Virus record (IMG/VR): IMGVR_UViG_3300037247_000488
Location: 1 to 44,702 of that record
Source: a virus
Lineage: Duplodnaviria; Caudoviricetes
Reading direction: 5' to 3' (one strand)
Length of the DNA: 44,702 nucleotides
The position numbers and the translations under genes are program-made. This document shows, one piece after another, positions 10,185-19,996 of this stretch. Under the pieces are notes generated by a model. It saw nothing but the letters and a program-made list of their open reading frames with translations. It searched no databases and had not been told where the DNA came from. Within the stretch, counting starts at the first letter, position 1; every line of letters starts with the position of its first letter.

Positions 10185-11835
10185 TGGCTCTAGTCCTCAG
10201 GAAAAGTTCCCTGACAGCGTCGTTTGTTACGGGCAACCCTTGAGCTCTTAGGGCATCACGAACCAAGAGCCGCTCCTCAGGAGGTATAACTACGTTAGCC
10301 CTCTGCTCTTCAGTTGTCCTGAATAGCGGAGTCTCCTCTGCGCGTGAGAACCAACCGGCATCGGAAGTAATCTTGTTATCCATCTCCCTCTGCATGATGT
10401 CGTAGATCTCGTTCTGGCGAAGCTTGCGCCCTACGGTCTCTTGTTCCTCAGATAGCACGCTAATGACCTGCCCATAAAATGCGCCCAACTCTATCTTGTC
10501 GTCCGCACTCTTTTGCGGATTATAAGGATCAAGGCCGGCCAAGTCGGCGAGCCTGTCGAACTCTCTCTTTGTAAGCCCAACCTTCGACGTGTCGAACTTG
10601 TCGAGTGCCCTTTTCGCCTTAAGTAGCTGTGTAACCTGAGCCCTGCCAAGGTAGGGAGCCAGAGCTCTAAGCTCGGCCTCGGAGTGATGTACCAGCTCGT
10701 CAGGGTTCATGAGAGTCTGGAACTGGTTAAAATTCTCCGGGGTTACAGGCACGTCCTTGCCAGACCCTACCGTCTTAGCGTATTTAATGAGCGCTCGTTG
10801 CTTTGTAGCCGGAACAATCTTCCATTCCGGAGTTCTCATGATGTCCTCAATAGGAACGCCCTGGATAATACTGTCGGTAACAGCGGCTTCGTTCTCGGCT
10901 TCTATCTTCTTCTTGTCGCTATCATGGGTAGCAACCGCAGTGCTGGTTAGCGCGAGGGCGAGCTTTTCAACCTCAGGACTGAGCTTCATAGCCTTGACGG
11001 ACTTGACTACATCGCTCTTGAGAAGTGTGTCCGTGGCTGCCTCGCTAACGTACTTCGACATGACGGCATCAGATGCCTGTCTGGCCTTCTCATTGTTCGT
11101 CTCTTTCTCAGCTTGCTCTATAAGTTTATTTTTAACCGCTACGTCTATGCCGGTCGTCTTCTTAAGGAGGGTGAGCGCCTCTTCGGCTCTGTTGTCGGAT
11201 ATTAAGCTCTGAGCGTATGCCGTCACGAGAATAGTGTCTTGCCTCCGGAACTCAGCATTCATTATATCGGCTCTACCGGAGAGCCCTTTGGCGGTCATGT
11301 AGCCTACGATGGAAGCATGGTTGGATATAAGAGCTGTTTCAATATCACCGCTGGTAAGCGCGAGGTTTCTGATACCTTCCAGGTCGGCGGCATAGGCCTT
11401 GTCTTGCATCCTACCTATCTGAGTGTCGATATGGGAACTTGCCCAGCGACCGATAGATTCTTGCCTACTGACCAGCATCTCATCGAGGAGTCGATTCTGC
11501 GTAGCTCCGTTCGCTGTCTTCCTTAGCTCGTCACCCCTGGTCTTAAGGTCGGCTTCCAAGAGGTCGGGTATTTGCAGGGCATTTTCGCCTTGCATCTGAG
11601 TATAGCCGGTAGGGCCATGGACAGTCTCAGCTTCCCAGTTGTTCAGCTCACTTCTAAAGCCCGAAGCCTTGACCCTATCAGCCTCGCCCTTGGCTACATC
11701 GTAGAGATCTCCGGCGAACTTGGTTATGGCCTCTCCAGCCTTTCCCGTTGGAGCCGCAGGGCGCTCAGGGATAGGTGCCTCTCTCAAGGGTGCTATGCCT
11801 GTGTCGGTTCTCTTCCTTGTCGGAACTCTCGGCAT
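10174..11835 (-). CDS. Internal virion protein (T7 gp15-position)
   Basis: 553 aa, helical composition, MPRVP N-terminus typical of this position; synteny. Confidence 0.7.
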   Translation of the reverse strand: MPRVPTRKRTDTGIAPLREAPIPERPAAPTGKAGEAITKFAGDLYDVAKGEADRVKASGFRSELNNWEAETVHGPTGYTQMQGENALQIPDLLEADLKTRGDELRKTANGATQNRLLDEMLVSRQESIGRWASSHIDTQIGRMQDKAYAADLEGIRNLALTSGDIETALISNHASIVGYMTAKGLSGRADIMNAEFRRQDTILVTAYAQSLISDNRAEEALTLLKKTTGIDVAVKNKLIEQAEKETNNEKARQASDAVMSKYVSEAATDTLLKSDVVKSVKAMKLSPEVEKLALALTSTAVATHDSDKKKIEAENEAAVTDSIIQGVPIEDIMRTPEWKIVPATKQRALIKYAKTVGSGKDVPVTPENFNQFQTLMNPDELVHHSEAELRALAPYLGRAQVTQLLKAKRALDKFDTSKVGLTKREFDRLADLAGLDPYNPQKSADDKIELGAFYGQVISVLSEEQETVGRKLRQNEIYDIMQREMDNKITSDAGWFSRAEETPLFRTTEEQRANVVIPPEERLLVRDALRAQGLPVTNDAVRELFLRTRANAR

Positions 11836-11837
11836 CG

Positions 11838-12341
11838 CTATCCTCTCCTTACCTTGAAAGCCAAACTCGAAGCCCTGATGCCTCCGGCAAGTATAGTATC
11901 CGCAGCCTGAGACCTGCCATGAGCCTTAGCGACCCGGCCTCTCTCTGTAGCTTGTGACGCTGTAACCTTATACCCGTAAGCCTCGCGCATAGCGCTGATC
12001 TTTACGTTCTTAGCCTCTTCCTCGCCGAAGACAAAGGCCTCTTCTTGAACGTCTTGGGCCGACCCCACATCTACCCTGATACCCTGGGCCGCGAGAGCTG
12101 CCCTCTGAGAGCCGATGAGCAGCTTAGTCTTAGCCCTGACCTTGGCCTCCTTAACGTGACCGCGCTTGAGAGCGTCTTCAGCCTCTCTCTCCGCAAGCCT
12201 AGCATTGGCCTCTCCTACGATCTCAAGCCTTCTACCCTCTTCTCTCTGAGCGTAGGCCAGAGAGAGAGACTGTAGGACTGAGGAGAATACCATAGCTCCA
12301 CCTATGTAGGCCGGAGAGACTGATTTAACTATGTGAGCCAT
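11838..12341 (-). CDS. Internal virion protein (T7 gp14-like)
   Basis: Ala-rich 167 aa with GSQRAALAAQGIRVDVGSAQDV motif; follows the nozzle gene. Confidence 0.75.
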   Translation of the reverse strand: MAHIVKSVSPAYIGGAMVFSSVLQSLSLAYAQREEGRRLEIVGEANARLAEREAEDALKRGHVKEAKVRAKTKLLIGSQRAALAAQGIRVDVGSAQDVQEEAFVFGEEEAKNVKISAMREAYGYKVTASQATERGRVAKAHGRSQAADTILAGGIRASSLAFKVRRG

Positions 12342-12344
12342 AAT

Positions 12345-15113
12345 CTACCTCGGTAAAAAGCCTGACGAAGTGACCGCCAAGACGGTTATTGGTAACGGAT
12401 CTATCTGCCTGATAAGAACCTGTCCACTTTTGTTCCATTTGGATACTATATCGACCGTCTGCTCTCCTGTAGTCAACTGAATAGGCGTATCGTAATTTTC
12501 GTTTTGCCTAATCTTCAGCTCAATAAGTTCGTTCAGGTTATCTCTGAATCCGAAAAATCCGCCTCTTGAAGCTTCAAAGTGAATAACTATGTCGCCGATC
12601 TGCTTAGATTTGCCAGCAACGGAAGAGCTGTCCGGGTTGTTATACTTAAGGGTCTCCAGGTCTGCCGTTATGGTGAGCCCGATATGGACAACCGAATGAG
12701 GGTCGTCAAGGGTAATGGTCCCGTTAGAAACTGTCTTTATACCGTAGGCATCATTATTAGGGCTGGCGGATACATAGCCATCCGAGAAGATTGCGACGTC
12801 TTCGCCTTCGAGATGCCAGAGACCACCAACCGAAAGGACGGCATGCTCCCACAGCGTGATAGCCGTATCTTGCAATGCGGCCGGAACTGTCTTGTGAGGT
12901 CTGATCGTGACGACCGTAGGGCTGGTGTAACCAGTGATCGTACACCTTACTACGGTAGTGGCGGTCTTCATCCATATGGCGTGACTGCTCGTCGCGTCAT
13001 TCGATGTGAAGAACGATGCACTTGCTGTCAACGTAAGATCCTCGTCGTACTTCCATGTCGAGCCACCGGAGAGAGTCATCGTAGTGGCGCTCGTGTTGCG
13101 ACCGTCCAGGCTTAAACTCGAATCCATAAATACGGCGTCCACTATGTCTGTGACAAGACGAGTCTTCATGTATTCGATATACTTCACCGTTCGGCCATTT
13201 ATGGTGCGCTCAACGGTCATGTAAAGAACATCCTCAGAGCCCTCAGGAACTACGCATACGCTCTTTACGCTGCCCGACTGGAAGGTATGATTATGCCATG
13301 CCGTAACCTCGTGCTCCTTGATATACGTCAACCCTAAGAGGCGACCGTCACTCCTTGCACACCAGACCGTGGAGTTGGGTATTTTCTGATAAGCCCAGTC
13401 TGCGATGGTGAATTTATCGAAGAGATTAGAGGCGAAGACGGAAAGGTCTACCCCCGTGGTCTGCGATCTCTCTCCGGCGTTGTACCCTAGCTCCCTAACG
13501 GCAGAGCCGTGACCCTGGACATAGAGAGCTGTATCATTAATAACGAGTGGCTCAAGATCGTTTGATCCGTTATAGGAATGCTGCCTGGGATTGATTGCAC
13601 TAGGAATTAATATCCCAGCCGTATCTCCCTCGACAATCCACTCGCCCGACGTAGTAAGGATAAACAGACTCCCAAGATCAAGGAGATGCTTTATGGCATT
13701 GACCTCCTTACCAAGCATGGAGAACGTAACAGGGTCATCATCCTGTAAAGGAGTTGACTTCATAAAATTCTTTCTCAACGTAGACTTGCTAGACCAGACC
13801 CCTTCGATGTCGGCAGTTGTGTTGGCAAACATTTTGCGCTGTTGAAAATAAGTACAAACGGCGGGGTAGGTTCCCACGACGCCAGCGGAAGAATAAGCAG
13901 TGAACGCTGACGAATCCACATCCACCCCGGCAGTGGTCTGTAGTGAAATAGTATCGTCTGTTAACGATGTCATTAAATATTGGATGTCGTTAAGCTCTGT
14001 CATGCCCGTCACGTCATGGACAGTGACCAGAGTGTTAGAGGCGATGCCGTGCGCTACTACTGTAAGGACGCAAGGGTCGGCCTGTGTAGCGTCGGTTATC
14101 ACAACCTCGAAGGGCTGACGATCTACAGGAGGGTTATCTAACACGTCCGGAGTATATGTCGTCTCGGTCTTAAAGGAAGGTGACGCTACGCCCCCGGCCA
14201 ACCCTATCCAACCATACGCACCGTCTTGCAATTTGTAAATATTATAATGCCCAGCTCCAGAAACCGCAGTCCACGTAAGTGTCGTAGCAGCAGTTGAGGC
14301 CTCTTCAAGAGTTGAGGGTAAGCTCTCCTCGCTTGTCTCGGCATCTACCGCCGTCACCTTGTAAGTATGTCCGGAGCCAGGGGAGCTACTGAGTAAGCTG
14401 GTAGGAACTCCAATGGTAGCCTGAAAAACCACGACAGAAAGAGTCCATGTCGTATGCCCTGACCGAGCAAGTTCTCTCTGCTGGTATTTGTTGTGGGTAA
14501 TAGTAATGATGTCGCCAGACTGGGTGAACTTCAAAGTGCTCAGGTCTGCTTCGACGTAAGGCGTAACTACCTCGTAGACCTTGGCTGCCGTCCCGCCTGA
14601 GGTATAAGCCGTGTAGCCGGTTGAGTCGAGATCGGTGCCGTCCATCTCTTGCAGAGAGAAAGTGCTAGACGTCAGGTTCGTAACTTTAAAATTACGACCA
14701 TTCAATTCGGTCATACCGACAATGTCGGCAGCCTGGACTTCGGAGCCGGTAGCGTACCCGTGACCCGCAATTGTAAGAACACAAGGATTGGCTTGCGTCG
14801 CGCCGGTAATCGTCTTGGCCGTCTCGGTTAGCTGAGCCCCGTTCTGATGGACGCGCAAGTAAAGGTTGCCAAACTCAAGCACATAAGTCTGAGAGGCGTT
14901 AAAGACGAAGGGTTTAAGGATAGAGTCTTCGAGCGAATTTTCAACCTCAGCTACAAACCCCGTACCGGCACGATTAGTAGCTCCGCCCTGGCGCATGATC
15001 TGAAAGTTTTCGCACCGATTAAGGCCAGTAGCGTACTTGACGAGATCTACACGAGCCTGTAGAGCGGGTGCGAGGATGCCTCCAGCGAAAGAAAGTTGAC
15101 GCTTCTTAGTCAT
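12345..15113 (-). CDS. Tail tubular protein B / nozzle (T7 gp12-like) with two inserted beta-modules
   Basis: QLSFAGGILAP..RVDL.KY, FTQSGD, YP..TYFQQR and QIDPLPITVLAV motifs; 922 aa. Confidence 0.9.
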   Translation of the reverse strand: MTKKRQLSFAGGILAPALQARVDLVKYATGLNRCENFQIMRQGGATNRAGTGFVAEVENSLEDSILKPFVFNASQTYVLEFGNLYLRVHQNGAQLTETAKTITGATQANPCVLTIAGHGYATGSEVQAADIVGMTELNGRNFKVTNLTSSTFSLQEMDGTDLDSTGYTAYTSGGTAAKVYEVVTPYVEADLSTLKFTQSGDIITITHNKYQQRELARSGHTTWTLSVVVFQATIGVPTSLLSSSPGSGHTYKVTAVDAETSEESLPSTLEEASTAATTLTWTAVSGAGHYNIYKLQDGAYGWIGLAGGVASPSFKTETTYTPDVLDNPPVDRQPFEVVITDATQADPCVLTVVAHGIASNTLVTVHDVTGMTELNDIQYLMTSLTDDTISLQTTAGVDVDSSAFTAYSSAGVVGTYPAVCTYFQQRKMFANTTADIEGVWSSKSTLRKNFMKSTPLQDDDPVTFSMLGKEVNAIKHLLDLGSLFILTTSGEWIVEGDTAGILIPSAINPRQHSYNGSNDLEPLVINDTALYVQGHGSAVRELGYNAGERSQTTGVDLSVFASNLFDKFTIADWAYQKIPNSTVWCARSDGRLLGLTYIKEHEVTAWHNHTFQSGSVKSVCVVPEGSEDVLYMTVERTINGRTVKYIEYMKTRLVTDIVDAVFMDSSLSLDGRNTSATTMTLSGGSTWKYDEDLTLTASASFFTSNDATSSHAIWMKTATTVVRCTITGYTSPTVVTIRPHKTVPAALQDTAITLWEHAVLSVGGLWHLEGEDVAIFSDGYVSASPNNDAYGIKTVSNGTITLDDPHSVVHIGLTITADLETLKYNNPDSSSVAGKSKQIGDIVIHFEASRGGFFGFRDNLNELIELKIRQNENYDTPIQLTTGEQTVDIVSKWNKSGQVLIRQIDPLPITVLAVTSSGFLPR

Positions 15114-15716
15114 CTATCTCCCCGTGATGAAAATAGACTCAGGCTCCACTTCGTCCTGTTGCTCGTTAAAGGCTCTATTCTCGGCATCAAGGAGGTTGTT
15201 CTCGTAAAAAGCAAAAGACTTCTCTCCCAGTTTAAACTCATCCCCACCAGTAATCCCCGGAGCCGTAAGGTACGCCAGATAATATGAGAGGGTGAGAGTG
15301 AAGTCCGCCGCAAAGCGTGAGGTCTGAGTCACCCTCTTCGTGTACTCGATAATCGCGTCTTGCTCGTCGCACCAGAAGAGCTGGCCGGTATCGTCATCGC
15401 CAATCTTAAACGGAACCTTCTGCTTACGATTATCGTTTCTGAGGCCGGAGAGTACGCGGCGAACAGTGATGCAGTTTGAGGGATAGCGATACGAGAACGC
15501 CCACTCGGTATTAGGCTCAGTCTCTATGAGTCCAGCGTCACCAAATGTAGTAGCGAAGGGCCACGCAACCTTAGAGAGAACCGTATCCACGGCGAGATCA
15601 TAGAACGCTCGCATCGTAGCAGCCTCGGAGCTTTTTTCCGTATCCAAATTAGCTATAGGCTTTTCATGCCCGAGGTGGATGAGAGCCATGTTTGCTATTT
15701 GAGTCTTGGATGACAT
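15114..15716 (-). CDS. Tail tubular protein A / adaptor (T7 gp11-like)
   Basis: IANMALIHLG, WPFAT and W.F.YRYPSNC motifs. Confidence 0.88.
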   Translation of the reverse strand: MSSKTQIANMALIHLGHEKPIANLDTEKSSEAATMRAFYDLAVDTVLSKVAWPFATTFGDAGLIETEPNTEWAFSYRYPSNCITVRRVLSGLRNDNRKQKVPFKIGDDDTGQLFWCDEQDAIIEYTKRVTQTSRFAADFTLTLSYYLAYLTAPGITGGDEFKLGEKSFAFYENNLLDAENRAFNEQQDEVEPESIFITGR

Positions 15717-15732
15717 CGTGTCTCCCTTAAGC

Positions 15733-16035
15733 CTACTGGAACCTGCCTATAGCCATAACGGTAGCACCGGCCAGGGTAGTAACTTTCCAACCAGATCCGG
15801 TCTTGACCGTATTTATAGCTCCTATGTCCACAGAGTAGACGCCTATAGGGGCGCTCGGCGGAACGATAGGGATGGCCGACCCATTCCCGTCCTTTATTGT
15901 AACGGCAGAAGTCGCGTCGGCTACGTTTACCGTGACTATGAGCCTCTCCAGTATATTGCCTGTGATAGCCGAGCCCAAGACGAAGTCCGTCTTGGATACA
16001 GCAACCTCTACATGGTCATTGTGTCCTACCATCAC
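15733..16035 (-). CDS. Hypothetical small beta-rich structural protein
   Basis: 100 aa ORF in the head-tail operon. Confidence 0.6.
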   Translation of the reverse strand: MMVGHNDHVEVAVSKTDFVLGSAITGNILERLIVTVNVADATSAVTIKDGNGSAIPIVPPSAPIGVYSVDIGAINTVKTGSGWKVTTLAGATVMAIGRFQ

Positions 16036-16049
16036 TACCTCGCTACTGG

Positions 16050-16424
16050 CTATTTGACCGCCTTCTTCACGGCCTTCTTCTTTGTCTTTGGAGCCTTGGA
16101 CCCCGTGCTCTCAGTTGCTTCGTTGGGCGTCTTGTTGCCCTCGATCTCGTTGTCGTTCAGGACTATCTTCACCGGAGCACCCTCGCCAGAGGCCTGTCTC
16201 GCCCTCATGTCAGCGATACGCTCATCCTCTTCTCTGGCCTCTTCCTCCCTTTCGATTACGACCTGGGGCTTGGGGCCGCTCACATAGATCATCCATGTTC
16301 CTGAGAAATGATTAGGGCGGTCCAGAGGAAATTCATCACCAACCGCTCGCCTCTTGTTGCCGTAGAACCCCACGTACTTTGTCTCAATGCCTATGTCCTT
16401 CGCCTTGACTATGGTGCTTTCCAT
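16050..16424 (-). CDS. Hypothetical protein with Lys-rich C-terminus
   Basis: AAGGAG SD; GFYGNKRRAVGDEF..FSGTWM N-domain common after capsid genes; tail KAPKTKKKAVKKAVK. Confidence 0.7.
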   Translation of the reverse strand: MESTIVKAKDIGIETKYVGFYGNKRRAVGDEFPLDRPNHFSGTWMIYVSGPKPQVVIEREEEAREEDERIADMRARQASGEGAPVKIVLNDNEIEGNKTPNEATESTGSKAPKTKKKAVKKAVK

Positions 16425-16437
16425 TTCAGCTCCTTTA

Positions 16438-16476
16438 GAAAAAGGGGCGAGTAGCGAAAGTGCTACTCGCCCCTTT
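16438..16476 (-). terminator. Rho-independent terminator after the capsid/cement genes
   Basis: 15-bp perfect inverted repeat AAAGGGGCGAGTAGC / GCTACTCGCCCCTTT ending in a U-run on the minus strand. Confidence 0.85.
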
Positions 16477-16499
16477 GGGTTTGTGCTTCTTGGGTTACC

Positions 16500-16976
16500 T
16501 TACCCTATGACTACCGCGCTCGCTATGAGGTTCCGCTGCTCAACGAAGCTCAACGGTATCATAAAGGCAGATACGGTTATCGTCGGGGTATTCCCGGCTG
16601 TGGTGTATCTTACACCTATATACCTTGCCCCTTCGCCGATGGTCGTGGGCGGTATCGGTATGACGACCTGAAAACCAGCAACGAGCAGGTCGGCATCCTG
16701 TGCCGGAGCTGTTGGGGTTCCAGACTGAAACACCCTCCTACCCATCAACTCACGCCCAGCCGTCTGCGCCTCGTCAGTGAAGGTCTCGACGTCAAAGGTG
16801 TAATCCTCGTCACCCGAGGTCTGGTCGGCAGCGACCTCGACATTAAAGACGACACACATCGGCTCACCAACACTAACGGCCATGGCAACACCGAGGTCTA
16901 TCTTGTTCGTGCCGACCGCAGAAGCCGAGACCGCCTGCGAATCGGAGAACATATTATGAAGATCTCTTATACCCAT
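16500..16976 (-). CDS. Capsid cement/decoration protein (Bbp16-like)
   Basis: FSDSQAVSASAVGTNKIDLG and RYIGVRYT motifs; directly after the major capsid gene. Confidence 0.8.
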   Translation of the reverse strand: MGIRDLHNMFSDSQAVSASAVGTNKIDLGVAMAVSVGEPMCVVFNVEVAADQTSGDEDYTFDVETFTDEAQTAGRELMGRRVFQSGTPTAPAQDADLLVAGFQVVIPIPPTTIGEGARYIGVRYTTAGNTPTITVSAFMIPLSFVEQRNLIASAVVIG

Positions 16977-17003
16977 AACTACGTTCCTCCTGAAGTTAAG
17001 TAG

Positions 17004-17027
17004 TGAGCCCTCAGTATCGAGGGCTCA
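17004..17027. promoter_or_regulatory. Intergenic hairpin just after the major capsid stop
   Basis: TGAGCCCTC-AGTATC-GAGGGCTCA, 9-bp perfect stem without a strong U-tract; may stabilise or attenuate the mRNA. Confidence 0.5.
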
Positions 17028-17029
17028 GA

Positions 17030-18031
17030 TTACGCGACGAGCGCCTCGGTGTTGAGGATGCTGTCACAGGTCTTTATCGGTATCCCCCTAAAGCTCGGGA
17101 TCTCCTTACCGTCAACTACGGGGTAAGAGAGCTGTCCGCCAGTGGTCACGTTGTTGTACCTCTGGATGTCGAGCATCTGGAATACCGTTCTGTTCATGTA
17201 AAACACCGCCTTACCGGCCATGAGGTTCGGTATCCTATGAACGGCCTTTATCATCAGCTTGGTAAGGTTGGCCGCACTGGACTCGGCGACAAGGGCGGAT
17301 ACGTCGATGTTCGGTATGCGAACAACGAACCTCCAGTCCTTGAGGGATATGCCGGTCTTCCATCTGTAATGATCCTGGTAGGCTCTCATCCTATTACCAG
17401 CGATGCCAGCGGTAACTTCTACGGTTACGAGGCCGAGATCCTCATGCTCAAGACCAGCGGTCGAGCCCTTCGGGAAGATGCCGTGAATAGTATCCTCACC
17501 CCAGACTATCAACCAGATGGAGGTGTTATCGACATCAGAACCTCCGCCCACGACTATGTTCTGCGCGTTGTTGGCCGAGAGACTCGAATACCTGACACTC
17601 AGGCCGGTGAACTCTTCCGGCGAGATGGAGGCATTGCCGTAGAACAGGGTCGAAGAGTGCTCCTGAGTCATGGCCTCGATAAAGGACTTCGACTCAGATG
17701 CTCTCGCCTCGTTTATATGACCTCCGAGTTCGGCGAGTTCCTGGTCGGTCTCACTCCAGGCCTCAAGCATGCCTACCCCTTCGGTAGCCTGCGTCTTCTT
17801 CGACTTGGAGGGCGGTATGCCCTGGTTGATCGAGCGCCAGTAGACAGTAGGGAGGCCTACGCGAGTCGTTATCCTGTCCCCGGTGGGAAGGTTACCCTCT
17901 CTCCAAAACATATCTTCGAGAATAGGGTCGTGCTTACTCATCATCTCTATGACCGCAGCGACGGAACCATCAGGGTCGAGATCCTTCGCCCAGTCCTGTA
18001 GGGTGCGGACGTTATTACCTAACGTAGCCAT
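17030..18031 (-). CDS. Major capsid protein (BPP-1 Bbp17-like, HK97 fold)
   Basis: TLQDWAK, EGNLPTG, RVGLP.V.WRSINQG, EFTGLSVRY, DWRFVVRIPNID and FRGIPI motifs. Confidence 0.93.
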   Translation of the reverse strand: MATLGNNVRTLQDWAKDLDPDGSVAAVIEMMSKHDPILEDMFWREGNLPTGDRITTRVGLPTVYWRSINQGIPPSKSKKTQATEGVGMLEAWSETDQELAELGGHINEARASESKSFIEAMTQEHSSTLFYGNASISPEEFTGLSVRYSSLSANNAQNIVVGGGSDVDNTSIWLIVWGEDTIHGIFPKGSTAGLEHEDLGLVTVEVTAGIAGNRMRAYQDHYRWKTGISLKDWRFVVRIPNIDVSALVAESSAANLTKLMIKAVHRIPNLMAGKAVFYMNRTVFQMLDIQRYNNVTTGGQLSYPVVDGKEIPSFRGIPIKTCDSILNTEALVA

Positions 18032-18062
18032 ATCAAAACTCCTCTATGTTTGTATTGCGTGA

Positions 18063-18755
18063 TTACTTCTTATCTGCCGTGCCGGGATACATACGATCAG
18101 GCCAAGACTTCTGCTCTCTTTCCTCGTTAGCGCCACTACCGCTAACGAGCTTGTCGTCTTGCATGGCCTTGCCTATCCGGTTGACAAAGCGCACCATCTC
18201 TGGGTGCCTGCCTATTCCGGACTCCTTGAGCATCTTATCCAGATCCTTGCCGCCGAAACGCTCCATGACACGGAAAGAAATCTCGCCCGTCTCCTTGTAA
18301 TGCGTGCCTCCAAGGTAGGTATCATTTTTAACTTCTTTGTCCCATGCCTTCTGCGCGTCGGTGAGAACCTGCTCACTGCGCTTGCCCATGCCTTCGACTA
18401 TCTTGTCTATCAGATCCAGCGTACTCTTTGCCGCCTCAACCGATAACTCAGAGTCTTTTGCAAAGTCCGTGAGCAACTCAAGGTCAGAGGGAGCTAACGC
18501 GCTCTTGTCTGATAGTTTAAGATCTGCAAGATCTACAGGGTCATCGCCCTTTGGATCTTCTCCTTTTGGGTCTTCGCCCTTCGGGTCTTCTCCTTTAGAA
18601 TCTTCGCCCTTTGGATCTTCCTCGCCCTTAGGGTCTTCAGTCTTCTTGCCGTCTTCATCTTCGGCATCCTTTGCGGCCTTGGCGTCTATCTCCTCGATCA
18701 GCCTCTTCTCTTCAGCGGCCTGTGCCGCCTGCTCTTCTGCGCTTAACGGGTCCAT
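18063..18755 (-). CDS. Capsid assembly scaffolding protein
   Basis: Acidic, directly upstream of the capsid gene; GIGRHPEMVRFVNRIGKAMQDD motif. Confidence 0.8.
   Translation of the reverse strand: MDPLSAEEQAAQAAEEKRLIEEIDAKAAKDAEDEDGKKTEDPKGEEDPKGEDSKGEDPKGEDPKGEDPKGDDPVDLADLKLSDKSALAPSDLELLTDFAKDSELSVEAAKSTLDLIDKIVEGMGKRSEQVLTDAQKAWDKEVKNDTYLGGTHYKETGEISFRVMERFGGKDLDKMLKESGIGRHPEMVRFVNRIGKAMQDDKLVSGSGANEEREQKSWPDRMYPGTADKK
18538..18640 (-). repeat. Imperfect 15-bp tandem repeat encoding (EDPKG)n
   Basis: About 6-7 units: EDPKG EEDPKG EDSKG EDPKG EDPKG EDPKG DDP. Confidence 0.85.
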
Positions 18756-18758
18756 CTC

Positions 18759-19148
18759 TTAATCCTCCTCTAAGGGCTCGGTCAATGTGCTTGTAAGATC
18801 ATCAACTCCAAGCCGTCGTTTGTTTTTGTCTAGCTCTTCTTTCCACTCTCTTTCGGACTGCTGATACTCATTAAAAGCGCCCTCGTAAACATCGCCCTTT
18901 AGAATGCACCCTATCTCCCTCTCCCCTTCTCTGAAGTATGTGTCGGAGCCAGAGGACATGGCGCTGTTTTCATCATAGTGACACAGCTTGTTGATGATCC
19001 TGAATAACAATCTGCGGCCTTCAATCGTAGACATGACGGCCTTGATGTCAGCGAGTTCACCCTGACGCTCCTCAAGTGCCTTTATGGCATCATGCTTGAG
19101 GGCGTCAGGGTTAGACGAACTCTTATTAAGGCGGCGCTTCCTAGACAT
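18759..19148 (-). CDS. Bbp19-like conserved phage protein
   Basis: DIKAVMSTIEGRRLL...FREGEREIG motif in the portal-scaffold interval. Confidence 0.75.
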   Translation of the reverse strand: MSRKRRLNKSSSNPDALKHDAIKALEERQGELADIKAVMSTIEGRRLLFRIINKLCHYDENSAMSSGSDTYFREGEREIGCILKGDVYEGAFNEYQQSEREWKEELDKNKRRLGVDDLTSTLTEPLEED

Positions 19149-19977
19149 CGCCGAGGTTGAGCCAGGTAACGACTACGACACCGGACACGTAGACCGTGGA
19201 GGTAGTACCGTCGTCTATGTCAGCCGCGTCTATAAGCAAATTGACGAAGAGGTTCTTCGCCGTGGAAGACCCGTCCATAATTGAGGCCGGGTCCGATACG
19301 AGCTGAGAACTCGAAGAGTACGCTGCCATAGTCAGGGCTACTGCTGTAGCGAAGTCATCGTCCGTGGAATCCGTGCCGAGCCCATCAGCATTAGCCGGAG
19401 CCAAGGTGCCGACAGCGATGTCTCCAGCCGGAGTGGCATCGGTGAAATCAGCCTGGTCGTCAGCCGCTATGACGCAAGATAGGTCGGCTATGCAACCGAG
19501 CATATTTATCTCGCCCTCGGGGAACCCGTAAAGCTCCGTACCTCCGACTCCGGCCCCCGTTGTTACAGATATGACCGTGACGGGTACACTGGTGAGCCTG
19601 AGGACGGTCTTGTTTAAATGCCCATCACCGACTTCTTCAGCCGTACAAGTGATTACGGACGGTGTCCCGACCGCTGGGCCATCTACCACGTCGAGCGACA
19701 TGTCGGTCATGGTGACGGCTGCCGTGCCGGCTGTAAAGACCGTACACTGGAAGCTGTAGTTCGCGTCCTCTTCAGCCGTGAGGGTGGCTCCGTTATTGTC
19801 GGTATCGGTGAATGTTGCTATGGTCGTGTAGGTGTGTCCGCCGTCCGTCGTCTTGCGAAGGATAACAGTGCCGTCCCAACTGGCCAGCGCATCAAAACGG
19901 TAGAGCAATGACTGCCCTTTCTTTATGCGTAGCTCCTGGGTAACCCCTACCGCGCTAAACGTCTTCGTGATACTCAT
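19141..19977 (-). CDS. Hypothetical structural protein (Thr/Asp-rich, beta-rich)
   Basis: 278 aa between portal and Bbp19-like gene; AAGGAG SD. Confidence 0.7.
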   Translation of the reverse strand: MSITKTFSAVGVTQELRIKKGQSLLYRFDALASWDGTVILRKTTDGGHTYTTIATFTDTDNNGATLTAEEDANYSFQCTVFTAGTAAVTMTDMSLDVVDGPAVGTPSVITCTAEEVGDGHLNKTVLRLTSVPVTVISVTTGAGVGGTELYGFPEGEINMLGCIADLSCVIAADDQADFTDATPAGDIAVGTLAPANADGLGTDSTDDDFATAVALTMAAYSSSSQLVSDPASIMDGSSTAKNLFVNLLIDAADIDDGTTSTVYVSGVVVVTWLNLGDV

Positions 19978-19996
19978 AATCGTGTCTCCTTGTTTG

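Noticed and set aside
17003-18001. 332-aa antisense ORF over the capsid gene (and similar plus-strand ORFs over portal, primase and terminase)
   Set aside because: Shadow frames expected from codon bias of the real genes; no SD or recognisable motifs.
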